From NCBI GenBank assembly GCA_043784925.1, contig JAYVXU010000058.1:1171-65170 (forward strand): a DNA stretch of 64,000 nt, in the 5' to 3' direction. How positions within the stretch are numbered: the first letter of the stretch is position 1; each line of letters starts with the position of its first letter. Shown in pieces: positions 1 through 9,734 of this stretch. The notes beneath the pieces are model-generated. The model was not told the origin of the DNA. It saw only the letters and a list, made by a program, of their open reading frames with translations, and ran no database searches. Position numbers and translations under genes: made by a program. The DNA is from Candidatus Adlerbacteria bacterium. GTDB taxonomy: Bacteria; Patescibacteriota; Minisyncoccia; Phycocordibacterales; SBAW01.

Positions 1-492
1 AGTAACTGCTCCGATCACAAACAGAAGTGTTGGAAAAAATTGAAATATAATACTATCCATAATTACCTCGAAGGATCGCGAGATCTGCTTAATTTTGTGT
101 GTGAGAGATCCTGCAAAGTTAGAAACAAAAAAATTGTTAGAGTGTCCCAATGTATAATCAAAAGCTTTCACTTGAAGGGCTGTCATTACCCTTGCTTGCA
201 AATAATTATTTGAAAAACCTTGCATGCGTTTTGCAATCCAGTCTAGACACCACATAGAAACAACAACAAAAAGTATGGCTATGAGTGCATGAACATTTCC
301 ACTTGTTGGATTATTTGCGACCAGGATATTAATGAGCTTCCTCATATATAGAGGAGTCACAAGATTTGCCACTTGCAACAAAAGAGCCCCACTGATTGTA
401 ATAACAAGAAGTGTCGGGTATTTTTTAACTTGGTCCCAGTAAGTTTTCAGTATTACAGAAACCCTATGTTTATGTTTTTTGGGTTTTTCCAT
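1..492 (-). CDS. ABC transporter, fused permease/ATPase type; N-terminal transmembrane domain only, gene runs off window start
   Basis: Not in ORF track (no stop inside window). Own translation from ATG at 490-492 (minus): MEKPKKHKHRVSVILKTYWDQVKKYPTLLVITISGALLLQVANLVTPLYMRKLINIL...FAGSLTHKIKQISRSFEVIMDSIIFQFFPTLLFVIGAV. Layout is typical of the ABC_membrane (MsbA/ABCB-like) TM domain. Confidence 0.6.
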   Translation of the reverse strand, partial: MEKPKKHKHRVSVILKTYWDQVKKYPTLLVITISGALLLQVANLVTPLYMRKLINILVANNPTSGNVHALIAILFVVVSMWCLDWIAKRMQGFSNNYLQARVMTALQVKAFDYTLGHSNNFFVSNFAGSLTHKIKQISRSFEVIMDSIIFQFFPTLLFVIGAVT

Positions 493-735
493 AGAAATTA
501 CAATACCACAAATACTCAGCTTTGTCACAAACCCCTCTTATTAGGGTTAGAACGACTTTTGTGTTATTTTATTTTTGGAAGCGAAGTAATGCTTTCAGGG
601 AGAAAACAAAATGGATCTAACGCATCCCCAAGCCGTTATGATTGGAATTGCTGCACTGATGTTCGTGCTGGTGACACTGGGGCTTATACTCAGGAGCCCC
701 TTTATTCCACCAGATACTAACTTAGATACCTGAAG

Positions 736-2655
736 TTATTTCTGCTCCTGCGTTGGAGGAGTCTCAGCTTCAGGAGGAGTTTGAGAATCCGGCCCTGGAG
801 CATCTTGCTCTGGGGCTTTTTGCTCGCCACTAGCAGCAGTAGACTTTTGAATTGCTTCGTACATTTTTGACATCTCGCTTGAGAGCGCTTCGGTCGCGGT
901 TTTAATGTCGGCCACATTGTCTGAATTCTTTTTAGCTTCAACGTCAGAGATCTTTTCGGTAATTGAAGTGCCTAATTCGGCTGGTATTTTATCCTTGTTG
1001 TCGGTTAGAGATTTGCGAGCTGAGTATATTGTTTGCTCGGCAATGTTTCGAGCCTCGGCAATTTCAACTTTTTGTTTATCAGTTTCGGCATTTGCTTCAG
1101 CATCTTTGCGCATTTTTTCGATATCCGCGTCTGAGAGTCCTGAGGACGCTTCGATGCGGATTGACTGCTCTTTGCCGGTGGTTTTGTCTTTGGCTTTAAC
1201 CGAAAGGATGCCGTTTGCGTCGACGTCAAATGTCACTTCAACTTGTGGGAGCCCACGAGGCGCTGTTGGGATGCCGTCGAGTACGAAGTTACCCAAAAGC
1301 TTGTTGTCAGCGGCCATCGCACGCTCGCCTTGAGTGATGTGGATGTCTACCGAGGTTTGGTTGTCACTTGCAGTTGAGAATACTTGCGAACGGCTTGTAG
1401 GGATAGTTGTGTTGCGCTCAATTAGTTTTGTCGAGACGCCGCCCATTGTTTCGATGCCGAGAGAGAGCGGGATAACATCCAACAAAAGGATATCGCGCAC
1501 CTCACCACCCAAGATGCCTCCTTGGATTGCAGCCCCAATTGCCACCACTTCGTCAGGGTTGACCGACATGTTTGGTTTTTTGCCAAAGTACGCCTCTACT
1601 GCGGCCTGGAGCGCAGGCATGCGAGTTTGACCACCCACTAAAATGATTTCGTTGATATCGGCCACTTTAAAAGGAGATGCCTCCATCGCACGTTTGGTGA
1701 TGTCCATGGCACCTTTTATAAACTCGGCCGAAAGTTCTTCAAGTTTGGCACGAGTCATTTTGACAAGCAAATGGCGAGGGCCCGAAGAATCTGAGGTGAT
1801 AAAAGGAATATTAACCTCGGTGTCCATTGCAGTTGAGAGTTCTATTTTTGCCTTTTCTGCTGCCTCGTCAAGGCGTTGGCGCGCCAGCGGGTCATTACGC
1901 ACGTCAATGCCGCTTTCTTTATGAAACTCGGTTGCAAGCCAATCAATTATTTTTTGGTCGATGTCTTTGCCGCCCAAGTGAGAGTCGCCGTCGGTCGAGC
2001 GGACTTCAATCGAGCCCTCTTCGCCGCCGGCCATCACTACTTCCAAAACGGAAATGTCAAAGGTGCCGCCGCCGAAGTCGAACACGACTACTTTTTCGTC
2101 TTTCTTTTTATTAAATCCATAGGCAAGTGCCGCCGCCGTTGGCTCGTTAATGATACGTTTGACGTCGAGGCCCGCGATTTTCCCGGCATCCCGTGTTGCA
2201 GCACGCTGTGCGTCGTTAAAGTATGCGGGCACAGTGATCACCGCCTCAGTAATTGGCTCGCCCAAGCGCTTTTCCGCGTCTGCTTTGAGTTTGCCTAAAA
2301 TCATTGCCGACACCTCTTCAGGGCGATACCACTCCTCGCCCATCTTCACTTCTATGCCGCCATTTTGCGACTTTCGAATTTCAAATGGCACAACCGCCTT
2401 ATCTTTTTGCACTGCCTCTTCGTCAAACGAGTGCCCGATGAAGCGCTTTATTTGATAGACCGTGTTTTTAGGGTTGGTGACTCCTTGGCGCCTTGCAATA
2501 AGCCCGACAAGTCGTTCGTTTGTTTTAGAAGTTGCAACCACCGACGGAGTCGTGCGTGCCCCTTCTGAATTTTCCAAGATCTGCGGCTCGCCCGAGCGAA
2601 TGATCGCCATTGCTGAATTTGTAGTGCCCAAGTCGATTCCTAGTATTTTTGCCAT
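736..2655 (-). CDS. dnaK: Chaperone DnaK (Hsp70)
   Basis: Motifs GIDLGTTNS and FGGGTFD, full-length Hsp70 pattern. ATG at 2653-2655 ([10 protein letters not shown]) preferred over the upstream start in the track. Confidence 0.97.
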   Translation of the reverse strand: MAKILGIDLGTTNSAMAIIRSGEPQILENSEGARTTPSVVATSKTNERLVGLIARRQGVTNPKNTVYQIKRFIGHSFDEEAVQKDKAVVPFEIRKSQNGGIEVKMGEEWYRPEEVSAMILGKLKADAEKRLGEPITEAVITVPAYFNDAQRAATRDAGKIAGLDVKRIINEPTAAALAYGFNKKKDEKVVVFDFGGGTFDISVLEVVMAGGEEGSIEVRSTDGDSHLGGKDIDQKIIDWLATEFHKESGIDVRNDPLARQRLDEAAEKAKIELSTAMDTEVNIPFITSDSSGPRHLLVKMTRAKLEELSAEFIKGAMDITKRAMEASPFKVADINEIILVGGQTRMPALQAAVEAYFGKKPNMSVNPDEVVAIGAAIQGGILGGEVRDILLLDVIPLSLGIETMGGVSTKLIERNTTIPTSRSQVFSTASDNQTSVDIHITQGERAMAADNKLLGNFVLDGIPTAPRGLPQVEVTFDVDANGILSVKAKDKTTGKEQSIRIEASSGLSDADIEKMRKDAEANAETDKQKVEIAEARNIAEQTIYSARKSLTDNKDKIPAELGTSITEKISDVEAKKNSDNVADIKTATEALSSEMSKMYEAIQKSTAASGEQKAPEQDAPGPDSQTPPEAETPPTQEQK

Positions 2656-2744
2656 CTGATTTAGCGAAATCATGCCGCGTCGACGTCCATTGGGACGCGG
2701 CTAAATTTCAAAATTAAATAAATAATAATTACTTTGTTGAATTC

Positions 2745-3311
2745 CTACTCCTTCGTATACGTATACACAGAAACTTGAGCGGGCCGTATAAGTCTTCCTT
2801 CTACCTCTCCTGATTTTTCTATTCGATATCCCGGAGCATGGACTGATTCGATTGTATGATCCTGTTCGCGATTTTCAGTTGGGACCTCCCGCAAGGCTTC
2901 ATGGGAATGTGGACTGAATTTCTCTCCCTCCGGGTTAAAGCGGGTAATACCGATCCGCTCTAAGGATTTTATTAGATTACTATGCACTGCATCTATACCC
3001 TTTTTAAAGTTCGCATCCCCTGATTGGTAGTTCTGATCTTTAAGAACCATATCGAATGCATCAAGGGTTGGTATGAGAGCTTCCGCAAAATCTATTTTAG
3101 TACGGATCTCTCGATCTACTTCACGCTGCATTTCATCGCGTCTAAAGTTTGCTAAGTCAGCGCGTGCTCTTTGCCAGCCGTCCAGGCTTTCTTGTTTTTC
3201 CGCAACGGCTTTTTGGAGCTTTTCCCGTAATTTTTTTACCGAGGCTTCACCAGCTCCCCCTTCTTCTTCCTCGATAAACTCATCTTCAATTTGTTCATCT
3301 GAGCCATTCAT
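2745..3311 (-). CDS. grpE: Nucleotide exchange factor GrpE
   Basis: 188 aa with acidic N-terminus, coiled-coil and C-terminal beta domain pattern of GrpE. Lies directly upstream of dnaK. Confidence 0.9.
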   Translation of the reverse strand: MNGSDEQIEDEFIEEEEGGAGEASVKKLREKLQKAVAEKQESLDGWQRARADLANFRRDEMQREVDREIRTKIDFAEALIPTLDAFDMVLKDQNYQSGDANFKKGIDAVHSNLIKSLERIGITRFNPEGEKFSPHSHEALREVPTENREQDHTIESVHAPGYRIEKSGEVEGRLIRPAQVSVYTYTKE

Positions 3312-3351
3312 AATGAATGTATTCTACACAAAAAAAAGTCTCTGTCAAAGC

Positions 3352-3375
3352 AAAACCCGCACTGCTGCGGGTTTT
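3352..3375 (-). terminator. Intrinsic terminator after rpsI
   Basis: AAAACCCGCA-ctgc-TGCGGGTTTT perfect 10-bp stem. U-rich tail on the minus strand, 8 nt past the rpsI stop. Confidence 0.7.
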
Positions 3376-3382
3376 GGAGGAG

Positions 3383-3799
3383 TTAACGCTTAGACCACTG
3401 CTTGCGTTTGCGTGCTTTAACAAAGCCGGGCTTGCGACGTTCTTTTGCACGAGGGTCACGTTTAAGGAAGCCTTCTTTTTTTAGAGTTCCACGTAGAGTA
3501 TGGTCGATGTCGGTGAGAGCGCGTGAAATTGCGTGTCTGACCGCTACAGCTTGTCCCGCTATACCACCACCACTAACTATCACAGTGATAGTAAATTGTG
3601 TAGGTAGGGTCACTTTAAGAAATGGCTCCATTGCGGTGATACGGAGAGGTTCTGTAGAGAAATAGTCGTTTAAGTCTTTTTTATTGATAGTTACCACCAT
3701 GCTGGGAGCAGGAGTCAGGCGTGCGCGAGCAATAGCCGTTTTTCGTCGACCAATAGCCTCTGTGTATCTTTCTGTAGTTGTTGCTTTGGTGGTTGCCAT
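3383..3799 (-). CDS. rpsI: 30S ribosomal protein S9
   Basis: S9 pattern with C-terminal ...KARKRKQWSKR. ATG at 3797-3799 preferred over the TTG at 3811. Confidence 0.93.
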   Translation of the reverse strand: MATTKATTTERYTEAIGRRKTAIARARLTPAPSMVVTINKKDLNDYFSTEPLRITAMEPFLKVTLPTQFTITVIVSGGGIAGQAVAVRHAISRALTDIDHTLRGTLKKEGFLKRDPRAKERRKPGFVKARKRKQWSKR

Positions 3800-3800
3800 A

Positions 3801-4142
3801 TTAATTCTCAATTGTAAGCATTTTGATGCGCTCTTTTTGAAGTCGGTTTTTAGGAAGCATTCCTAGCACAGCTTTGCGAATTGCTTCCTTTTGACCTTTG
3901 CGCGCGGTTAGCATAGCATACGTTTCGATTTTTTGCCCGCCTGGGTACCCAGAGTAGCGAACATATTCCTTGTCTTGTTTTTTATTGCCTGAGATACGCA
4001 CGCGCAAAGCATTGATGATAGTTACTCCATCTTTTGCAACGACATTTTTAGCAAAGTCGGTGTCGTGTTTGCCTAAAAGCGCCTTCGCTGCTGCGCTTGC
4101 TACTCGGCCTAGTGTATTATCTGCTGCATCAATAGTTGTCAT
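3801..4142 (-). CDS. rplM: 50S ribosomal protein L13 (short form, 113 aa)
   Basis: GRVASAAAKALLGKH...ISGNK...YSGYPGG...GMLPKN matches the L13 core. Both termini are shorter than E. coli L13. Confidence 0.9.
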   Translation of the reverse strand: MTTIDAADNTLGRVASAAAKALLGKHDTDFAKNVVAKDGVTIINALRVRISGNKKQDKEYVRYSGYPGGQKIETYAMLTARKGQKEAIRKAVLGMLPKNRLQKERIKMLTIEN

Positions 4143-4172
4143 ACGTTTCTTTTTATAGTCTAAAATATACTT

Positions 4173-4520
4173 TTAGACAAATTCGATTATTGCCATGGGG
4201 CTTGCGTCACCTTTTCGTGGCGCCATTTTAACAATACGAAGGTATCCTCCAGGGCGTCCTTTATAACCCTCGGCCGTTTTTATAAGCTTTTGAGTTGTTT
4301 CGATGTCGCCAATGCGGCTTAAAATAAGTCGACGATTAGCAATCGTGTCTGTGCGGCCACGAGTAATGAGCTTCTCTACCAAAGGGCGAACCTCTTTAGC
4401 GCGAGCTTCTGTGGTTTGGATTTTACCTTCGAGCACGAGGCTTCGCGCAAGCGAGCGAAGGAGCGCCCGACGTTCGTCTGTCTTTCGTCCAAATTTCCTA
4501 TTTACATTACCGTGTCGCAT
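4173..4520 (-). CDS. rplQ: 50S ribosomal protein L17
   Basis: MRHGNVNRKFGRKTDERRALLRSLARSL is the canonical L17 N-terminus. Follows rpoA. Confidence 0.95.
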   Translation of the reverse strand: MRHGNVNRKFGRKTDERRALLRSLARSLVLEGKIQTTEARAKEVRPLVEKLITRGRTDTIANRRLILSRIGDIETTQKLIKTAEGYKGRPGGYLRIVKMAPRKGDASPMAIIEFV

Positions 4521-4526
4521 ATATAT

Positions 4527-5492
4527 TTATTTGAGCACTATACCAAAGTTTGCCAAAGCGCGCTTGATCTCTTGAATTGCTTTAGGACCGAGGCCGTCTA
4601 TCTCTAACAGATCTTCTTCTTTTTTGCGAGCAAGACCTCCTACAGTTCTAATATTAGCCTTCTCTAAAGCAGAAATAGTGCGGCTTGAAAGGTCTAGATC
4701 CTCAATACGAGTTTTCATAGCCTCTGAGTCTGCTGCAGAGTTTGCAGCTGCTGCTGACTCCTGTGCGGGAGGAATAGACATTGCAGGAGTTGCAAGCTCT
4801 TCTTCCTTAAAGCCCACAATAGCTTTAAGCTGAGTTATCATAACTTCAATTGACTGCTCAAGTGCGGAGCGTGGGCTAATGGTACCGTCGGTTTCAATTG
4901 TAAGACGGAGGCGGTTAAAGTCGGTTCGGTCACCAACACGCATATTTTCAACCTCATAGTTAACTCGACGAATAGGAGAAAAAATAGCATCAACTGAAAT
5001 TTCGCCAATATCCACACGGTCTTTCTTCAACGCTTCGCGAGGTACATATCCTAACCCTTTTTCTACACGAAATTCGGCTTCAAATTTTGTTGAGTCGGTA
5101 AGTTCACAGATATATGCGTTTGGGTTGAGGAGACGTACTTGTCCAGGAAGAGTCACATCTTCTCCCGACACTCGTTTTGGGCCTTTAACCGAAAGAGTTA
5201 CCACTTGTGGTTCGCTCGTGAGGACTTCAAATCGAAGTTTCTTGAGATTGAGTAAAATAGTAACTACATCTTCACGAACTCCGCTGAGAGTAGAAAATTC
5301 ATGTTCAACACCTTCAATTTTAACTGAGGTTATAGCTGCGCCAGGAAGGGAGGAGAGAATGATGCGGCGCAAAGAGTTGCCAAGAGTATGACCATAGCCC
5401 GGGTATAAACCGTCTATTTCGTAGGTGCCTGCGTGCTCCTCTTCCCCCACAACGCGTGGTTTGCTTGGCAATGTGATCGAATATTCCATCAT
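4527..5492 (-). CDS. rpoA: DNA-directed RNA polymerase alpha subunit
   Basis: 321 aa. N-terminal dimerisation domain plus C-terminal HhH domain (LDLSSRTISALEKANIRTVGGL). Alpha-operon position. Confidence 0.95.
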   Translation of the reverse strand: MMEYSITLPSKPRVVGEEEHAGTYEIDGLYPGYGHTLGNSLRRIILSSLPGAAITSVKIEGVEHEFSTLSGVREDVVTILLNLKKLRFEVLTSEPQVVTLSVKGPKRVSGEDVTLPGQVRLLNPNAYICELTDSTKFEAEFRVEKGLGYVPREALKKDRVDIGEISVDAIFSPIRRVNYEVENMRVGDRTDFNRLRLTIETDGTISPRSALEQSIEVMITQLKAIVGFKEEELATPAMSIPPAQESAAAANSAADSEAMKTRIEDLDLSSRTISALEKANIRTVGGLARKKEEDLLEIDGLGPKAIQEIKRALANFGIVLK

Positions 5493-5523
5493 AAATGAGA
5501 GTACAATTAATTATTTATAAATA

Positions 5524-6135
5524 TTAACGGCTATAAAATTGGATTATGACAGGAGCGCTAAAAGGTAATTCGGTTTCGACTACTCCTGGTTGTTGTACTA
5601 CTTTGACTCCCATGGCCCCTTCTTCAACTTGCATCCATGACGGAGTTTTAGTATCTGCTACTTGCTCGAGGCGGTTTGCGAACAATGGGCTGGTACGGCT
5701 CTCGGGACGCGCAGCTACAAGGTCACCAATAACCACCATGTGCGAAGGTACAGTCATGCGTTTCCCATTGACCATAATATGACCATGGGACACGAGCTGG
5801 CGAGCCATACGTCGAGTACGTGCAAATCCTGCTCTAAAAACTACGTTATCAAGTCGTGCCTCAAGACGATTGACAAGATTTGAGGCACTACTACCTCCTT
5901 TTTTCTCCATTGCCTCAAAAACATACCGTGAAAATTGACTCTCGGAGAGACCATAAGTAAAACGGGCTTTTTGCTTTTCTATCAACTGTGCACCGAAATC
6001 AGTAGCGCCTCCACGTTTACCTTTGGTGCGACGAGGAGCTCGCGCTTCGGCGAGTTGGTACTTAGGAGTTTGGCATTTTTCAAATACTGAAGCGCCAAGT
6101 CGTTTGCAAATTTTATATTTTGGTCCAATTATCAT
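5524..6135 (-). CDS. rpsD: 30S ribosomal protein S4
   Basis: MIIGPKYKICKRLG start at 6133-6135 and S4 RNA-binding domain RLDNVVFRAGFARTRRMARQLVSHGHIMVNGK. The track's N-terminal extension overlaps rpsK and is rejected. Confidence 0.93.
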   Translation of the reverse strand: MIIGPKYKICKRLGASVFEKCQTPKYQLAEARAPRRTKGKRGGATDFGAQLIEKQKARFTYGLSESQFSRYVFEAMEKKGGSSASNLVNRLEARLDNVVFRAGFARTRRMARQLVSHGHIMVNGKRMTVPSHMVVIGDLVAARPESRTSPLFANRLEQVADTKTPSWMQVEEGAMGVKVVQQPGVVETELPFSAPVIIQFYSR

Positions 6136-6148
6136 AAAAATAAAGTAA

Positions 6149-6574
6149 TTATACGCGTCGAGGTTTAGGTGGGCGAGGTCCGTTGTGAGGGACAGGTGTA
6201 GTGTCCTTAATGCCGCTAATATGGATACCTTTTGTGACAAACGCTCGGATAGAAGACTCACGGCCTGCACCTACTCCAGACACAATAACGGAGACTTCTT
6301 TCATGCCCATAGCTGTTGCTCTGTCCGCTAAAAGCTCACCTACTTTAGCAGCCGCAAAAGGAGTTCCTTTTTTAGCACCTGAAAAACCCAAGCTTCCACT
6401 AGAGGACCAGGCTACTACATTACCCTTTTCGTCAGCGAGAGATACTTTAGTGTTATTATAGGTGGCTTCCACGTATAAACGGCCTGCATCTAACTTTCGT
6501 TTTGACACACGACTTGCAGCCCCGCTACCGCGTGCCTCGTCTCCCCCTTTTTTTACTATTCGTTTCTTACCCAT
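6149..6574 (-). CDS. rpsK: 30S ribosomal protein S11
   Basis: S11 core NNTKVSLADEKGNVVAWSSSGSLGFSGAKKGTPFAA. Operon position. Confidence 0.95.
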   Translation of the reverse strand: MGKKRIVKKGGDEARGSGAASRVSKRKLDAGRLYVEATYNNTKVSLADEKGNVVAWSSSGSLGFSGAKKGTPFAAAKVGELLADRATAMGMKEVSVIVSGVGAGRESSIRAFVTKGIHISGIKDTTPVPHNGPRPPKPRRV

Positions 6575-6623
6575 AGGTGTTTTGTAGTTTTACAATATAT
6601 TTTTACTTTTGACCAGCTTCTTT

Positions 6624-7001
6624 TTAGGTTTTTTCAACCTTGCGGCGACCAGAGCCCATCGTCTTACGAACATTCCCGCGAACCGTACGAGAGTTTGTTT
6701 TAGTGCGCTGTCCACGCACAGGAAGGCGACGAGCGTGTCGTGAGCCTCTGTATGAGCCAATATCTTTAAGACGCTTGACGTTCCCAGCTACTTCACGCTT
6801 TAAGTCCCCTTCGAGTTTAAAGGATTCTATAACTGAGCGGATTTGATTCTCTTCTTCAGCAGTTAAGGTGTCGGCTCTTTTAAGTACGTCAATTTTAGCG
6901 GTACTGCAAATTGCAGTAGCACGAGAAAGTCCTATACCGTATAAAGCCGTAAGCGCATACGGAATTTGTTTATTTGGAAGTGTGATGCCTGAAATTCTCA
7001 T
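6624..7001 (-). CDS. rpsM: 30S ribosomal protein S13
   Basis: MRISGITLP... with basic C-terminus. ATG at 6999-7001 preferred over the TTG at 7010. Confidence 0.94.
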   Translation of the reverse strand: MRISGITLPNKQIPYALTALYGIGLSRATAICSTAKIDVLKRADTLTAEEENQIRSVIESFKLEGDLKREVAGNVKRLKDIGSYRGSRHARRLPVRGQRTKTNSRTVRGNVRKTMGSGRRKVEKT

Positions 7002-7013
7002 AGTATACAAAGG

Positions 7014-7127
7014 TTAGCCTTGTCGTTGCTTATGTCGTGGGTTTACGCAGATAACATACATTCTACCTTTTCGGCGTAGAAGTTTACAAGACATACAACG
7101 GGCTTTGATAGATGCTTTTACTTTCAT
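7014..7127 (-). CDS. rpmJ: 50S ribosomal protein L36
   Basis: Not in ORF track (37 aa). Own translation: [37 protein letters not shown]. Has the zinc-ribbon C..C...C...H pattern, between infA and rpsM. Confidence 0.93.
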   Translation of the reverse strand: MKVKASIKARCMSCKLLRRKGRMYVICVNPRHKQRQG

Positions 7128-7131
7128 TTGT

Positions 7132-7341
7132 TTATAGTCGTCTTGTGATTCGTCCTTTACCTCCGTATGGATCTAGTTTAAGTAAAACTTTATCTCCTAC
7201 TAGAACTTTGATTCGGTGAAGACGCATTTTACCAGCTAGGTAGGCTAGGATGACCTCTCCCCCTTCGAGTGATACTCGAAAAAGTGTATTGGGCAAGGCT
7301 TCCTCGACGGTGCCCTGCACTTCTTGTACTTCATTCTCCAT
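7132..7341 (-). CDS. infA: Translation initiation factor IF-1
   Basis: 69 aa S1-like fold: [43 protein letters not shown]. Confidence 0.95.
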   Translation of the reverse strand: MENEVQEVQGTVEEALPNTLFRVSLEGGEVILAYLAGKMRLHRIKVLVGDKVLLKLDPYGGKGRITRRL

Positions 7342-7396
7342 TACCTGACAAAAGACATCATAGCAGACGGGTGTTTGTGCGTCAAATACTCGACTG

Positions 7397-8698
7397 TTAC
7401 TGGTTAATAATTACATCAATTTTGGACGGATTTGAGGGAAATGAAGACTTCCAAAATGGACGCACACTCGCTTCGGCCTTGGTTATAGAAGGTTGGAAAG
7501 TTTTGATGATCGATGGAAAGTTGGCCTTATCTTTTTCCAACAACGCTTTCTTTACTGCCTCTTTGTCAATTGGCCACACAAGAGTGGGTGTGCCAGAAAT
7601 AGTAAGAGAAATAGGGTCTCCATTTGAAATTGCAGTATTAGGTGGAAGAGAAATAAGAGTTTTTGAGAGGTCAGCAAAAACCACATCTTCGCCTGTGTAT
7701 TCTTTTACTGCCTGTTTTGCTAAAGTATGCGCTAACTCACTCACTCGCACAATTGCAAGTGCCGCAGTAGCACCCTGTGACATAGTAACAGAATTTCCTG
7801 CACCTTGGTTTTGAGTTATGGGAGTGTACGTAACATTTAATGATCCATTTATAGCTACAAAACCATTGGGAATTTGAGAAGAGGCTACTGTGCGAATATT
7901 GGCATCTAATTGCCGTTTTAATTCGTTTTGCGCTCCTGACATGTCGGAGGGAGAAATTGCAGGTTCGTCCCCCACGAACCCTCCAGTAATAGGATCCTTA
8001 CTTTGTCCTATAAGTTTGGTGTACTTGGCTGTGCCCTTAAAACTAGGAAGGTTAAACTGAGTAGGTGCAGATATGTTATACGTATCCCCCGGCTTATCAG
8101 CCAAAATGGTGGCGGATACTGTGCCTGGCACCAGGGTGCCATTAGCTTTTTTAACGACTCCGGGAACAGTTACAGCGTCTTTAAGGTGATAAATTTTCCC
8201 ATCGGAAGTACTGACCCGAGTAGTTGCTATTAATTTTTGAGGATCAACACTTATTGTGTTGGAAAAAGTTACTACTCCTGTTGCTACGCGAGAAACATGT
8301 TGCGTGCCATTAGCAGTAACTGCGGTGCTCGCATTTTGCGTTGCAATAATACTTTGATACGAAAAACCAGTTGCGGAACTTGCGGGTTGTGCGGTAATCA
8401 ATTGAGGAGTCGAAAGGGTTACTGTTTTTTGCGTAAGGGTTATTGTTGCGTTTTCAAACACAGTGGACAATAAAAGACCAACAATTGCACTAGCTACAAC
8501 TACTCCCCCAAGCCAAAACCACATAGCACCTCTTCTCCTACGAGGAAGTTTTGGGCGGTTAGGTGGAGGAATGCCTTTTTCATCATTTTCATAATCTGAG
8601 TAATCTTGTTCAACAGGAAGGTGACCGCGAATGGGATGTTTTTGACCATTAGAAACCGGAATATTACGAATGGAACGATCGCGTTGAGAGTCGGGCAT
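7397..8698 (-). CDS. Hypothetical single-pass membrane protein with large extracytoplasmic domain
   Basis: 433 aa. Basic N-terminus, one TM helix (WFWLGGVVVASAIVGLLLSTVF), then a Thr/Ser-rich beta-type domain. No motif recognised. Confidence 0.6.
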   Translation of the reverse strand: MPDSQRDRSIRNIPVSNGQKHPIRGHLPVEQDYSDYENDEKGIPPPNRPKLPRRRRGAMWFWLGGVVVASAIVGLLLSTVFENATITLTQKTVTLSTPQLITAQPASSATGFSYQSIIATQNASTAVTANGTQHVSRVATGVVTFSNTISVDPQKLIATTRVSTSDGKIYHLKDAVTVPGVVKKANGTLVPGTVSATILADKPGDTYNISAPTQFNLPSFKGTAKYTKLIGQSKDPITGGFVGDEPAISPSDMSGAQNELKRQLDANIRTVASSQIPNGFVAINGSLNVTYTPITQNQGAGNSVTMSQGATAALAIVRVSELAHTLAKQAVKEYTGEDVVFADLSKTLISLPPNTAISNGDPISLTISGTPTLVWPIDKEAVKKALLEKDKANFPSIIKTFQPSITKAEASVRPFWKSSFPSNPSKIDVIINQ

Positions 8699-8711
8699 AT
8701 AATTTAGTATA

Positions 8712-9692
8712 TCATTTTTGAAGATGTGTTTGCAGGTACAGTGTGTTTAATAGTAGAGGCATATCAGAAGTTGGACTTTGTAGAGTAATATGATCTTTAA
8801 AATGCTTAGAGCGAAGGATTCTGGTAGTGCCTCCATGAGGAAATAACTGAGATACGCCAAGATGAGCTACTACAGCTCTTGCAAACCAGTCGTCAAAAGG
8901 GGTCGGGGTAACGACAAAAATATTTTCTGCCTCTTTTCGGAGAAGTAGCTCTTCTAGTACACCTATAAAATGCCGCATTACGTGCTCTTCAGATGTTTTG
9001 ATGGGTTCGCGATGTACGGGAAAGGGTACGTTGTGACTATGTAGTCGTAAGGCTGAGGCGGCCTCTACAAGACTTATGTCACTGTGTGAGCTTATCGTGC
9101 GAATTGCGGTATGCGTCCCGACGGGGGTAGTTGCTCGCGCTTGAAGAGTGCCACCAGCAACCAACAGTACCTCAAGTACCTCACCCGTTAGAGAACATAG
9201 AATGGACGGAGCTGGGGTTAATAAAGATACGCCATGCGTAGCTGAGCGCGCGAAGGGATGACTCTCTATAGGGCGCTCTCCAAGAATTGTTTGGGCACTT
9301 TGGTGCACCTGATACAACATTTCGGGCTCAAATAAAAAACGAAAACGATTTTGCTCGAAAGTTGTCGTGACCCATGGAGCCCCAAAAAAAAGATGTGCAC
9401 TTTGAATATTTCCAAGCGGTGCACGAAGTGGGTCTTGCCGCAATGTTGCTGCAACTTCGCTTGTATAGGACAACGCTTCCTCAAGTGCGGTGTGCACCTT
9501 CTTTGCTATCTGATGGGCGTTAGTATTCGTGAATACAGGAAGAACAACACGATGTTCTGCATATAAGTGAGGAGTTGTTTTAGAAGAAAAGGTAGCTAAA
9601 GCAGTAGCTACACTACTATTTTCAATATCAACAATAAGGGTGGTATGTCCCGAAGGACGAGAGAACAAAGCCATGCATGTAGTATAACTCAA
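8712..9692 (-). CDS. Hypothetical protein, possibly actin-like (FtsA/PilM-like) ATPase fold
   Basis: 326 aa. N-terminal LIVDIENSSV resembles the phosphate-1 motif of ASKHA-fold proteins. This is a weak pattern-level guess only. Confidence 0.45.
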   Translation of the reverse strand: MSYTTCMALFSRPSGHTTLIVDIENSSVATALATFSSKTTPHLYAEHRVVLPVFTNTNAHQIAKKVHTALEEALSYTSEVAATLRQDPLRAPLGNIQSAHLFFGAPWVTTTFEQNRFRFLFEPEMLYQVHQSAQTILGERPIESHPFARSATHGVSLLTPAPSILCSLTGEVLEVLLVAGGTLQARATTPVGTHTAIRTISSHSDISLVEAASALRLHSHNVPFPVHREPIKTSEEHVMRHFIGVLEELLLRKEAENIFVVTPTPFDDWFARAVVAHLGVSQLFPHGGTTRILRSKHFKDHITLQSPTSDMPLLLNTLYLQTHLQK

Positions 9693-9734
9693 AAGTATCT
9701 CTACTCTGAAACAAAAAGAATATATATTGTGTCT

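Noticed and set aside
373-720. 115-aa plus-strand ORF spanning the ABC-transporter start and the gap before dnaK
   Set aside because: Its first two thirds are antisense to the ABC transporter N-terminus and use a TTG start. Only the last 36 codons might be real: ATG at 611, MDLTHPQAVMIGIAALMFVLVTLGLILRSPFIPPDTN, one TM helix, with GGGAGA upstream. That is too short to support without comparative data.
905-2659. Series of plus-strand ORFs (65-142 aa) inside dnaK
   Set aside because: They are antisense shadow ORFs of a highly conserved gene. The translations are low-complexity and Ser/Arg/Cys-rich with no motifs.
2684-2711. 8-bp hairpin GCCGCGTC-12 nt-GACGCGGC between grpE and dnaK, considered as a CIRCE/HrcA operator
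   Set aside because: The sequence does not resemble the CIRCE consensus TTAGCACTC-N9-GAGTGCTAA. It is more likely an intra-operon processing or attenuation hairpin, and I cannot say more from sequence alone.
7269-7814. 181-aa plus-strand ORF
   Set aside because: It overlaps infA and the 433-aa membrane protein gene in antisense. There is no motif, and the opposite-strand genes explain the region.
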